DNA of 47,050 nucleotides, taken from assembly GCF_000485595.1 (NCBI RefSeq), contig NW_014577073.1, positions 631,420-678,469 of the forward strand. The letters are read 5' to 3'. Origin of the DNA: Priapulus caudatus (taxonomy: Eukaryota). Below the pieces are notes generated by a model, which was not told the origin of the DNA, did no database searches, and was given only the letters and a program-made list of their open reading frames with translations. Positions 23,440 through 35,605 of this stretch are shown piece after piece. Both the position numbers and the translations under genes were made by a program. The first letter of the stretch is position 1; the number at the start of each line of letters is the position of its first letter.

Positions 23440-25234
23440 GCATATTTTTATTATTCTATATTGCTATTATTATATTGCTATTATTATTCACTCCTGATAT
23501 TATGTATTGCGGACTCGCTGTTTACATATTGTAAACAGTTTTTGTAAATTGTTTAAAGGAACAGTAGCCTCTAGGTTCTAGGGTTATTTTAAGCTAATTT
23601 AGGTTATAATTGCGCTACATAAAAAGTTTCATGGTTCAATCACCATTAGAAATATTTTTTTTAAATGTTTTAAACCTAACGACATACCAGTTATGACTAC
23701 AACGACGGTTCGCCACTCAAAGCCGCACGATCTGAAAAGGTTGCCGCAGAACCACTTTTCCACAAAGCGCGACAGATTCCCCGCGAGCGTTTCTTATTTA
23801 TTCATTTAAAAGCCAAAAAGTATTTAATATGTTATAAACGACATATAGTTTCAGTTATAATATGGAGATAAATTTGCCCTAAATGAATATCGTTCGGTTA
23901 AATAGCTATTGTAGGACTATACAATATAATTGCACTTTTTGATTAAGCCTCGTGTCAATTTACTGCAAAATGTAAATGACAAATAGCAACTTTTTGAGAG
24001 TGCAGCACGTCGCTGGTGTTCATGGCGCGCTTCAAATTTCGTAGCGTTAATGTCCGTAAATAATTAGATTAACTGTATCTGGTGACAAATAATTGTGAGG
24101 TAAGACGATTGGTACTATACAGCTAGTACAGTTGTATTCAGTAAAATCCTAAAAGCGATCTACTGTCCCTTTAATATGCTACAATTAATAACATTATCTT
24201 GTTTTGAGGTCTTGACTTTCTCCATGTTGTTGCAGCGGTCAGATGTCTTTCCACTTACAGCTACTTACCCCTGCGCTGCCATACTGCATGGCCATATTAA
24301 CACAGTCGCCCTATCGAAAACACACGTTCTGTGGCTGTACCGGCCCGGTTTCGCGGCGTCAGATATGTGCTTATATCGTTCTTAAGTCTTTACTCCTAAA
24401 TACGCGCCTTGTAAACTAGACTTTCTGCGTCCATCTTTTGCGTTGTCTCCCCCGTTGTCGTTTTTGTGTTACTAATAGCACCGTAGTCGACACAAGTCTG
24501 ATGTACAGGATGCTCCGAGCGCATGGCGTGGTATCTCGCTGAAATTAAGTCCAATATTACATATACCGTATGTTAACAGTGTGTACCTTAGAGTATACGT
24601 CATGCGCGAGAAGGATACAACAATCGGTGCCCGCTGGCCGGTATATATATATAAATATATATATATATAATATATATATATTATATTATATATATATATA
24701 TGATATACTAATATTATTATTAGTATTATTTAGTTATTATTATTATTTATTATTATAATTATTGGGCGTGTAGATACTCTACATTTGGCCATCACTTTCT
24801 GAGTCTTACGTTTGAAATTTAAAAGCTTAAAGGGGTTTATCCGGCCTACCTTACTTACACGTTTCAATAAAAGTAGAAGAAATCTTTACTACTGAGTGTA
24901 GTTTTTCTGACATGTGCAAGTTCCCTATTAAACTAAAACCAGAACGAAATCGATTGAGTTCGCAGAATATCTAATCACACACGCACATCACACACACCAA
25001 CACACACACAACACACACACACACACCACACAACACACAACAAAACAAAACACACACACGGCGCGCGCCTCACCGATTTACCACGATATTCCTTATGCAT
25101 TAGTGTATTAAATGTAGATCAACGAGTGCCTACTTACACCATGGTAATCTATTTAGAACAGAGACGGTAGGCAGTTTTTTTCGCCTATGTGCCGTGTGAT
25201 TGCGAGCCTGCGCATGCGCTACAACACAATCCAG
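23440..25234 (+). repeat. Indel-rich duplicate of ~21255-22435 that carries the Kolobok-like insertion
   Basis: Shared anchors tattattcactcctgatattatg, ccctgcgctgccatactgc, gtccatcttttgcgttgtc, aacaatcggtgc and attaaactaaa occur in the same order. Both blocks abut N-gaps. Confidence 0.8.
23557..24170. mobile_element. Kolobok-like non-autonomous DNA transposon (614 bp) with TTAA target-site duplication
   Basis: TTAA|aggaacagtag ... ctactgtccct|TTAA: an 11-bp terminal inverted repeat (10/11 match) with AG...CT ends and TTAA at 23553-23556 and 24171-24174. It is absent from the homologous block near 21375. Confidence 0.78.
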
Positions 25235-25259
25235 NNNNNNNNNNNNNNNNNNNNNNNNN

Positions 25260-25435
<176 letters not shown>

Positions 25436-27011
25436 CCGTCTTGAACCGTGATCATTGTATGCGCCTATTTTCCAATATAGCGCACCGTCTTTCTTGTCCT
25501 TGGGCTAACGTGTCACCCTGGGGACGTAATTTAAACGCCCGTGTTTACAACGGCTTACCGACCAGACATTCTTAACTCTTTTACAGCTGTCTTTTTGGGC
25601 TGTCTGTGGAACGTAATTAATGATTCTCATCCTCGGGGAATAAATGTCTACCTCGAAGCTCGTGCCCAGATTCAGTGACACCTGTCATGAGAGGCCGCGC
25701 ATTGAAAATTAAAACTGCCTAGCAACAACGCGATAGGAGACGGATATGTGTGGCGCTACCTTATTGGTAAAATGCCGATGCAGCAGTATTTCCTGCAGGC
25801 ATTAAACCTATTTAATGTGGTGATGTTACGGTGCGTATGTAGTGTGCCGCACGCAGGAATAAACATGCCGACGTGTATGCGGGCGGGTGGGGGGACGTGC
25901 TTGCGACTGGGTTGGCGGATGTGCGTGCGTGCATGCGCGCTTGCCTGCATGCGGGTGTGCGTATGCGAGCATACGTGCGTGCGTAAGTGCAGCTGTGTGG
26001 GTTTGTGTGCGATTATTATAGACTCAGATTATGCTATACTATATATGCTTCATGCTATACACAAGTATAGTTAACGTATCACTAAATTCTCACAATAACT
26101 TCGTTTAAACGATAACGTTGCCGCACACAACCGCAACCAATAAAGATCATTATATCAAAAAAGCACCGCTAACAAGTAGTAGTAGTCGTCGTAATAGTAA
26201 TAGATGCTACATAGTCGTTCGACATCGCGGCACGAATGCCACGAGTCGTCTTCAAAGGAAAACGCGCTTAATCAAGATGATGAACGAGTCTACGGTCTTA
26301 TATCCAGACATGCCAGTACAAAGAGTTAACGTCGAATTCTCCTCGCAGGCTGGCTGTTAGCTAGTGGCGAGACGTTGGCTGGGATAGGCCAAGGCCAAGG
26401 TATATATACCGCATCATCATTTATGTGTTACATGAACGGGATGAGTGTCTTATGAGAAACGCATGCAATAAATTATTGGCGTGCTTGTCACCTGAATGAA
26501 TACACGGACTCCGCTCACCTGGATCCCTTATGGAATTCGCCGCAGGAGCTGAGACGCGATAGTATTGTGTTTTAATCTTCACAAAAACCATCTCGTCTTT
26601 CTGAGATAAAATTCACTCGCTATTGTAACTCAGTCGAACAAAGGTATGTTAACTGTGGGCGAATGGCTGCGGGGCGAAAGAGTAATTGTGTTCAAAATGA
26701 AAATTAATTTGTGGTATATCTCACCACAAGGTGTCGCTGCTATGCTTCAACCAATGCAATTTCTTGCGTATATGTATGCGTGTTTTATGTACAATTTCTC
26801 GTCGTATGCACAATAGCAGTTACATTTATTCTTGATGGCTAACGATGACATAATCATCGCTTGAACTACCACTTCTTTACTAGATCAATGACATGTTTAT
26901 CCTAAATGAAACGTTTAATATATTGTAATATGTTATTGCGCGTCTGGCAGGTATTAAACTGGCAGTGAATAACTTAACAGGCGTCCAATTTCTGTTACAC
27001 ATCTGTGTAAT

Positions 27012-27058
<47 letters not shown>

Positions 27059-27067
27059 GAGATAGAG

Positions 27068-27103
<36 letters not shown>

Positions 27104-27113
27104 CGAGAGACAG

Positions 27114-27165
<52 letters not shown>

Positions 27166-27185
27166 GAAAGAAAGAGAGAAAGATA
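27012..27185. repeat. Compound (TA)n/(GA)n microsatellite
   Basis: Directly visible. Confidence 0.9.
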
Positions 27186-27272
27186 GACGAATTATTTATT
27201 GATTTCAATACCAGCACCCTCGGTGAAATATAATCAAATTGCACAGATGAACGTAAAGTATCACAAACGAGC

Positions 27273-27278
27273 TTTATT
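27273..27278 (-). other. Candidate polyadenylation signal (AATAAA) of a minus-strand transcript
   Basis: AATAAA is preceded on the minus strand by AT-rich 3'UTR-like sequence and followed by a GT/T-rich stretch. Confidence 0.35.
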
Positions 27279-28390
27279 TACAAAAATAACAATTGTATGT
27301 ACATAAACTTGCAAAACATACACACATTAGCGTGACGAACTTTATAACTTTTGCTGTAGCTTCCTTAACAAAATATACATTAACAAATTTAACACAACAA
27401 GCTGTAAGTTAAAACAATAATTTTCATATAATATGAGTATGTCGAACGCATATTATATCACTGGAATATTTTCATACCACATTTATATAATAATTTCTCT
27501 GTTATGCGAAGTGCATACATGGTTGTTACGTGGTCGAAAACCACGTGACCAAATATTACTTCACTTATCTATATGTACGCTCTGATAAATTTGTAGGTTC
27601 CGAATAAAGAAAATTATAACTGCATAACTTTATAGGGTCAACTAAGAGGAGACATTGATTAGATTCCACACGATTCTATTGAGACTAATATGTATGTAGT
27701 ATTACTGGTGCGATATCGAGCGAAACATCATGCATCATGTACACTCTGTGTAATATACTACAATCACTTGACTAAAGCACGTGGTCCAAGCGTAACAACG
27801 GATAAATAGTCAACAAAAGACTCCTAACGATAAATACAGAAATTTCCGGTTTCTTACTTTTTGAAACTGTGACTATTCAAACGATGCACAACTCTGCTTC
27901 TATAAATCAATAGGTCAGAATAATCATGGGGACCTGGTATCCGAAATATATATGCTATCTGGAATATGCATATTGCATATCATAATATAGCCGTTACAAT
28001 GTAGCAATCACGCTTTTTTTCTAAATAAAACACTGTAGCAATCAATATACACGCAACAATACGCATACAATGTATGGACGGTTTACTTTTATATTAAAAA
28101 GGAAGGCCTCATTTACTTATACAATAACATAATTTTCTAGATAAAAGCCATCGTCTGTGTTCCATGATCGGCTTTACACTACTCAGTAAGCTGTGCCACG
28201 GATAGCCGTAGCGATGACATTGCTTGTGAGGGCCAGTGCTCATTCTTCCACCATTTTCACACGCACTCACATGCAGTATGCACAAGAGCTTTCCTAGCGG
28301 ACGACTCTGCCATTCTAGTTCGTAGAGAACTAGAGACACAACACGAAAACTAACGCGCTTTACTTCACTATCGTCGATTACCCTATCGTC

Positions 28391-28476
28391 AGGACCACAC
28401 CAGAAAAATTGACGTCATTGGGACCACGCCAGAAAAAGCGACGTCATCGGGACCACACCAGAATAAGAGACGTCAC
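28391..28476. repeat. Three ~29-bp direct repeats, each ending in GACGTCA
   Basis: ggaccacaccagaaaaattgacgtca, ggaccacgccagaaaaagcgacgtca and ggaccacaccagaataagagacgtca. Confidence 0.75.
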
Positions 28477-29756
28477 ATTAGGGCCGAGGATCTAACATGA
28501 TTATTCTTCTCCATAATTATATAATTTGTCATTGTTCTAGGGTATATGTGACATTGCCAAAACAGAGCATATGTACCCTATTTTCCCTTGCTTCAACATG
28601 AAGCTTTTATACGCTCTCCTACGTATTACCAATGCTGCACATTATTATATCTTTCGTTTCTGCTCACAAGACATGGTTGTTCCCTACCGATGCGGAATAC
28701 GGTATTTGAATGCCCAGTAAACGACCATGTACGATTAACGTGTACCTTTTGTGGACACCCCGCCGCGCCCGACCGCTTAGAGCTAAATAGCAGGAAAATC
28801 TAGTTACCACACATCATGCACATCCACGCACGCACGCATGCACGCGTCCACGCGCGCACACACACATGCACACACACGCATGCACACACACTCACACACA
28901 CGCGCGCACACGCAAACTGCAAACCTTAAAGGACTCCATATTACACGTAAGGAAAGAATGCGCCCACAGGAATGTGAACCCCAAGTGTGGAGAAAGCCGT
29001 CGAAGGAGAAAGAATGTCTATAGAGTGGCGTGGATAGTTTGGCCGGCAGTTTTACTATCATAGTCGGTGCGGTTCCCTAGCTCCCGGCAGCCAATAGACC
29101 TACTGTTATACGCTGTACAATGTAGCAGCGTCGCCATCTTACACGGCCGCCGCTAAAACAACCAATTTTTACTACCGTTCTTCCTCTAGTGAAACCGATT
29201 CCGACGACTGCGAGTAATAGACTGGTATCAGATCCAGTACTTCCGAGTTTTAAAACAAGTGAACATAATTCCAATGCAGTACGCTGCTCGTAGTTTTCGG
29301 CGACCCACCCTCATCATGATCATCCTTACACATTCAGGCGACTGTTCATCCTACTAAGGGTCTAAACTTTCCGAAAGCCGTTCGAAAACTGTGCGTGTAT
29401 CTCTGTAGCAAACCGACTAAGAACGATCGTTGCCAAATCCACATATCGTGAGCCGACATAGTGTCGCGTAGACGCATCCGGCTTGTCGCGTCTTATAACG
29501 TATCACCTGCTGGTAAAGTAGGTCAGCGCGGGCGCCGTACGAGACAACAATATGCGTTCAATGCTTAAATTTAAATTATCCATAATGTATCGAGTTTCCC
29601 ATTTAGCTGCTGATTCGATGCTCGACGCATCGTCTAGACACGCGGACGCAGCGACCGAGCACGGATCGCTGTTGGAGGGGCGCTGAGGATGATGCTGTAC
29701 GCGTAAACAATAGCCCGCTTTCCTTTCTTCTTGCACATCAACGCGACAGCTGGTAA

Positions 29757-30083
29757 GGGAGAGCGAGAGGGAAAGAGAGAGAGAGAGAGACTGAAAGAGA
29801 GATATAGTGAGAGATAGCTAGATAGATAGATAGAGAGAGAGACAGACAGAAAGAGAGATATAGTGAGAGATAGATAGATAGAGAGAAGAGAGAGAGTATG
29901 AGAGAGAAGAGAGAGAGAGAAGAGAGAGGAGAGAGAGACATAGGACGGAGAGAGAGCGAGAGAGAAGAGAGACGAAGAGCGAAGAGAGAGAAAGAGGGAG
30001 AGCAGAGAGAGATGAGAGACGGAGAGGAAAGAGAGAGGAGATGAGACGAGAGAGAGAGAGAGAGAGAGGAGAGAGAAGAGAGA
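29757..30083. repeat. (GA)n/(GATA)n purine-rich tract
   Basis: Directly visible. Confidence 0.9.
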
Positions 30084-31209
30084 AACACTTATCGCTGTCG
30101 CCTCCGCCCTTAAACTCACCCGGCAAACAATCGTTTCGCTGCGCGCTTCCCCGTCTTAGCACCCGATCCGGAAAAACAACGAACGCGTCCAGGTTGCGCT
30201 GCTCGAGCGCGCGGCCTTGAAATCGGACCCAGGTACCGAGCGGAAACCGGTGACGTCAGCGCTGGCGGAGCGTCGACGTTTTTTACCTTCTTGGCGATTC
30301 TTGCACGGCGATAGTAGCTTTTGACGTCAGCCCGCGTTTTCGCAAGGAGAGAACAAATGCAGGAGGAGAGCCTTGTCCGCTGTTTTCCGCCTAGCCTAGT
30401 TTTCCGCCTGTACCACCTCCGCTCTCTTATGGTCAGGTGAGAGATGGGGAGAGAATGGTAGAGAGAAAGAGAGGGGGTGAGAGAGCGCTGCGCACGTCAT
30501 CTGAATATTGCGCGTGACGGGGTGAAGCGACTAACATCTTAACAGCAGTCGCTTGGCCACGTTTTCAGGGCGCTGCTCGTCGGAGGGGGGCCTTGACCTG
30601 TGATCGCGATGACGTATGTCTGTAGTGTGATGACGTCACCTCTTTCGATTGGTAACTTCTACCATATGCCAGGGTGCGATGGTCTTACGTTTAGAGTCCT
30701 CGTCTAGTTATTCCAAATACTTTCCCCCATCGTAGTATGAACGCCGCACTTCTCTCTACCTCTGCTTGAAACAGCGTAGTTGAGATAGACCCTGCCCTCA
30801 TCATGGCAATGATAGATTCACATCTATAGGCAGCGCCTTCTTGCTTCAACCGCTTAGTTGGGATCATTTCCAAGCGCCGCTAGTGTCGTCTCGTGTGCGT
30901 GTGACGGTATCACGCTCATGCAGTGTCCTCTTCTCACGATAGCCAGAGCTGAGATAGACACAGCTCCCGATCCTGCTACGACGATAGTCACACATCTACC
31001 GGGCTATCTCTCGTGGCGGTGTCGTGGACTCACCGCGTTCTTTCCTTGCACGTTGAAGCGATGATGTGTGAAGGGTATAGGGGGGGGGGGTGAACCTTCT
31101 ACACACCATCGCGGTGAGCTGCAACTACTGGCGTTCTTCACGCAATAAATAATGCTACGTCGAAAATTAATCCTTGCAAACGCGCTAACGTCGATCGCAG
31201 AAACTGAAA

Positions 31210-31309
31210 CGGCAACGACGGCAAGGACGGCGACGACGGGGACGACGACGACGACGGCGACGACGACAACGACGATGACGTCGACGACGACGACGACGAA
31301 GGCGACGAC
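31210..31309. repeat. (ACG)n trinucleotide tract immediately 3' of the neurotrophin stop codon
   Basis: gacgacgacgacg... abuts the TGA at 31311-31313. Confidence 0.85.
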
Positions 31310-31310
31310 A

Positions 31311-32060
31311 TCAATGTTTATAGAACAGCGCACAGCTGCACCCACCGCGTATCTTGATTCTCTTCCACGTCGTCCTGCCTCTGCCGTCCTGCACGAACGC
31401 CCACACATACAGGTGCGTCGTGTCGCACACCGACCGGTACATGTGGTGGTTGATGCCCGTGCAGGACACCGCCTCGTTGCGCTCGTTCTCCTTGCACCAC
31501 TTCTCGTGTATGTACTGTCGCAGGTAGTTGCCCTCGCTCGACAGATGCTGAATGACGGTGACGGCGACGTCGTTGTAGTCGACGGCGGCGCTGATGGCGC
31601 TCCAGTTGGCGTTCATCTCGCAGACGTGAATCGGAAGCGCCGCCGCCGCCCGCCTCCGCTCTCGCGCGCCGCCGCCCTCCCCCTCCTCCTCCTCCTCCGT
31701 CACGTTGCCGGTGCCCTCCTCCTGCCGACGATGGTCGATGCGCAGCGCCTTCTCGTACAGCTCGTTGTAGTCGTGCTCTTCGCTGTACGGCTGGTAAGAC
31801 GGCGGGTCGGATGAGAACACGACGAGATTCGAGCGCAGCTCGGGCGACAGCAGCCGCTCGACTTCGGCGACACTGCGCGGACGGTTGCGACCCCGACCGC
31901 GGCCGTGTCCGTGGTGGTGACCGCGGTGACGCAGTCGGTGAGCGACGAGCGACGTTGCGTTGTTCGGCTCGTCGACGCTGCGATCGACGGGAGCTGTGTC
32001 GGTGACGACGACTAGGAGAGCGAGAAGCAGTGCCAGCGCCGTGACGAGTCTCAACCTAGG
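31311..32060 (-). CDS. Neurotrophin (NGF/BDNF/NT family) prepro-protein, main coding exon; the initiator Met lies in an unidentified upstream exon
   Basis: Hydrophobic signal LVTALALLLALLVVVTDT|AP. Pro-domain motif RLLSPELRSNLVVFSSDPP resembles the NGF pro-region RLRSPRVLFSTQPP. Furin site RERRR. The ~112-aa mature domain has six Cys in NGF spacing (VCEM..W, QYIHEKWC, SCTGI, SVCDTTHLYVWAF, WKRIKIRGGCSC). The ORF-track start is TTG inside an acceptor (ctctccgttcaccgttgcag|CCT), so the exon starts at 32060 in phase 0. Confidence 0.93.
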   Translation of the reverse strand, partial: PRLRLVTALALLLALLVVVTDTAPVDRSVDEPNNATSLVAHRLRHRGHHHGHGRGRGRNRPRSVAEVERLLSPELRSNLVVFSSDPPSYQPYSEEHDYNELYEKALRIDHRRQEEGTGNVTEEEEEGEGGGARERRRAAAALPIHVCEMNANWSAISAAVDYNDVAVTVIQHLSSEGNYLRQYIHEKWCKENERNEAVSCTGINHHMYRSVCDTTHLYVWAFVQDGRGRTTWKRIKIRGGCSCALFYKH

Positions 32061-33849
32061 CTGCAACGGTGAACGGAGAGCTCTGGTTAGGAAACGATGA
32101 AAGAGAAGAAGCTTACTGAAACACAGTAAAGGAGACGCTAAACACAGTGGAGGAGAAGCTTTTTTTTAAACTGCGAAGGAGAAGTTATAAATCGTAAAGG
32201 AAATGTTAACAACAGCAAGGGGGAATTTAAATTTGAAAACAGTGAAAGAGAACTCGCCAAAGAAACAGTGAAGGAGAAGCAATAAGAAACTCTAACTCGA
32301 CGTGATGTTGATGTCGCGTGTTGCAGCAGTGATGCTATCGCGCAACGCCTGCTCTGCCACGTGTGATGAATGAATTCTAACCCGATGCTACGAATGTTAG
32401 CTAAGCCAATATAACTCTAGGTAAATATTCGTGAAAATCGTCATCGTGCAAAATTGCGGCCCGTTTTTTAATCGTAGATAAACGATGATAACTTCGCGTT
32501 AAAAACCCAACGAAACGCTGAGAGCGGATCGCGCGCGCGAGAACATGCGAAGTTTGCGAAAACAAAACGAAAAACATACACGCGTAAATTCCAAAAAGAT
32601 TGCGAGTATACCGTCATCATTGGATATCCAAAGCTGCCCTTTACCACACGATCTAAACTCAGCGACTTATCGTCTCGTTCGCAACCGACGAGATTTTCGT
32701 CTTCATTGAAAAAAAACTCCAACCGCCTGCGTGCTCTGAGGCACGCACGCACTTACACGTGTAGACGGCAGACACAGGCAAACAGATACTAACACGCCTG
32801 TCGTCTCGCTCCCTAGACTATCAAGTAGACGCGAACAGCGTTACAATCAGCTGGCGTGGCTTATCACAGTTAGATGAACAGGGCAATGAATCACCAGCCG
32901 AGGCACATGCGCGCACGCGCACACGACGTGTATCATCATTACAGCCTACATTGTCCACCTCACCCCTGGACAGCGAACTCTGCCCCGCGGGCGAGTTGTC
33001 TCTAACGTTTTGCCTCGTGACAAGCGTCATTCAGTAAAAAAAACACGACCGAGTCGCGCTGCTGTGTGGGGCATGCGTGATCGAGTGCAGGGCACGTGGT
33101 ATTATGCGCGTGCGCGCGGGTAAGTGAATGTTCTAATGATGCGGTCCGAAATCCCTGTCAGCGAGGCGCTTTTCCATTCACGATGACGTGCCGGAGATTT
33201 AGCCAGCGATTCGGTTAATGTAAATTCACGCGAGTGAATAAATAAATCCTTTGGTTAACAGCGTTAGAAGAACGTGTGCGAATAGCAATTTCTCGTCACC
33301 ACTTGTGTCGTATAAATGTCGACGCTGTGGGTTTTTTTCTGGTAAAGTTTATCTTCGAATCGCTTTACGGAAATAAATTAACATATTCACTGATAACCTT
33401 CAAAAAGTGCAAGAATGCTAAAACTTCTCATATTTACTCACGTCGAACACCCACTCTGATTTTTTGGCGAGGCACAGAAGACAATTATGGTTTGTGGCAT
33501 TACCATGCGCCAATATCTGAGCGACTATGATTCACCTAGCAAGGTGGTATTCACTCAGCCATGCCGTGGTCACTAGACCCTTACTGTGCGGTTCTTGCAA
33601 GCGATTGCCGCCGCATAACCCGGTCACGCGAACGTTGATAGAGCCTTCTCTTCGGCATCAGCACACCAGGTGGCGCATAAAGGCCCCAGAGGTTCCCTCC
33701 CAAACTGCATGCAGTGCACCTTCGTACACTCAGGATACTCAGGGTAGATTGAGCCCATGAGCGAGAGCGCCATCTGTCGTGGAGTTTGGGTCCCTCCATC
33801 TCTTGCTGACGTGGGCTAACTTGGAAGCTTTATTCCATGCGAGTTTTAG

Positions 33850-34110
33850 TCTGGTCTATAGCTTGCCTTCAATATTGGTACGTCTATAAGTCTGTGGTCC
33901 TTATACCCATTTTTTTTGTAATTTCCTATGGTGTGTAGTATAAGGCTTCTTTTGCTGCTGGTTGTGTGGGCATGTCTGACCGCACGGCCTATCCGTTTTT
34001 CCATATTGTATTTGCCGGGTCCACCATAATATCGTTCTTGTGGCGGTGTTCTCCAGTAGTTCGGTGTAAGAGTTTTATGCCGAATCTGATTCACAATTCT
34101 TAAGCACATG
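33850..34110 (-). mobile_element. Decayed non-LTR retrotransposon (RTE/CR1-like) ORF2 C-terminal fragment
   Basis: CLRIVNQIRH...MEKRIGRAVRH...KRSLILHTIGNYKKNG resembles the post-RT pattern CLRRILxIxW...WxWIGHxLR...ALxWxPxGxRxRG; judged by eye. Confidence 0.4.
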
Positions 34111-35159
34111 TAGATAGATATTTAGCGTGGTTGTCTACCTTATGGTTTTCCGATACACTGGGATATATAGATATATATGGTCTTGATGTTATCTATGTTG
34201 TTCTTGCGTCAGTTTTTTACTGCTTATATATATATATCGTTTAAGCTACGTGTATTTTACCTGATTATAGCTTGACGGCGCTTGCACGTAAACGCATGTC
34301 GTCTGCTCGCGCAAGGTCTCCACATTTTGTTGACATTTATCGATCTTACCCTCTGTCACAAAGAGTCTCTGTCTTTCCTCACAGAGACACGCGACGAGTA
34401 GCAGCAGGAAACATTATCGTCGAGAGCAAACAGTTGTGTTTGGCCCACGACTCTAGCTGCAAGGTCATCGGTTGAGATCCCTTCGTGCATAGCGCGGCAC
34501 TGTGATGTGTTATGTAGGTATGCTCTCGCGTGGTAAGCCATATTATGATGTCGGATTTTTGCCGAGGCTTTTCCGGTGCATGCATGTTGTCAAAGGCTTA
34601 TTCACAATCATGAATATCCAGTGAATTTGGTATGTGTGCTGTTTATCCATTTTTGAAGCATTGTTCGAAGATGTTTTTAGTGTGAAATTCTGACCATTAC
34701 AGGATCGGTCATTAGAGTAGGTAAACGTTAATCGAGAATACGTGTAGATATGATGATGCTTGTTCTGGAGATATCTGACCATTATTATGGCGTCTGAACG
34801 TGCTGTACCGACAACATTAACAAACATTTTTAATTAATTTATTATTTATTTATTTGTTTATTTATTTAGCAAAAGATTTTACCATTGTTTCATTGAAGAT
34901 AGTTTATTAGTGACAGCTTTCGTGAGGCTTCTCGTGTTGCTACATCCTAGCGGATACCTGTTTGCCATTTTGTCCTGCATAAGTAGAACACCTACGTTCT
35001 CTTGGTTATCCAATCATCCCGCTTGTAGAATGGTTTGAGCGCTGCTTCAGACTGATCTAGCACAGTTTTATGCTTCTTGCTTCACCGCTTCATAAAATAC
35101 TGATGTGGTGTAATTGTATATATCGGGGTATTGGCGCTGCTCTGCTCGCATCGTCTTTA

Positions 35160-35605
35160 GCCCTGACCTTTAACGCTAATTCTTACCCTAACCCTAATGC
35201 GAAGCCTAATCCTAGCCATTGTACTAATCCCAACCCTATTCCTACCTTTAACCCTATTCCTTCTCCTGACCGTGACCTTGACCCTAATCCTAAAGCTAGC
35301 TTTAGCCCTAACTATAACCTAACCCTAACCCAACCCTAACCCTAACCCTAACCCTAATCATAACCCTAACCCCTAACCCTAACCCTAACCCTAACCCTAA
35401 CCACAACCCCAACCCCAACCCAACACCAGCCCTAACCCCAACCATAACCCCAACCCCAACCCCAACCCCAGCCCTAGCCCTATTGCTCATCATTAAAGTA
35501 CCCCTAACTCTACCCCTAACCCTAAGCCTAGCCCCATCCCTAATCCCAACCCTAACATTATTAATCTAACTCTGACCTTAACCCCCAACTCTGACCGTAA
35601 CCATC
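35160..35605 (-). repeat. Degenerate (CCCTAA)n interstitial telomere-like tract
   Basis: Core ccctaaccctaaccctaa at ~35320-35400 with decayed hexamer periodicity on both sides. Confidence 0.85.

Noticed and set aside
26519..26570. Consensus minus-strand donor CAG|GTGAGC as a 5' exon of the PLPPR-like gene
   Set aside because: Plausible, but a single splice signal without transcript data is not enough to call an exon.
31152..31814. 220-aa plus-strand ORF with a Thr run
   Set aside because: It is the antisense shadow of the GC-rich neurotrophin exon plus the (ACG)n repeat, with no independent protein features.
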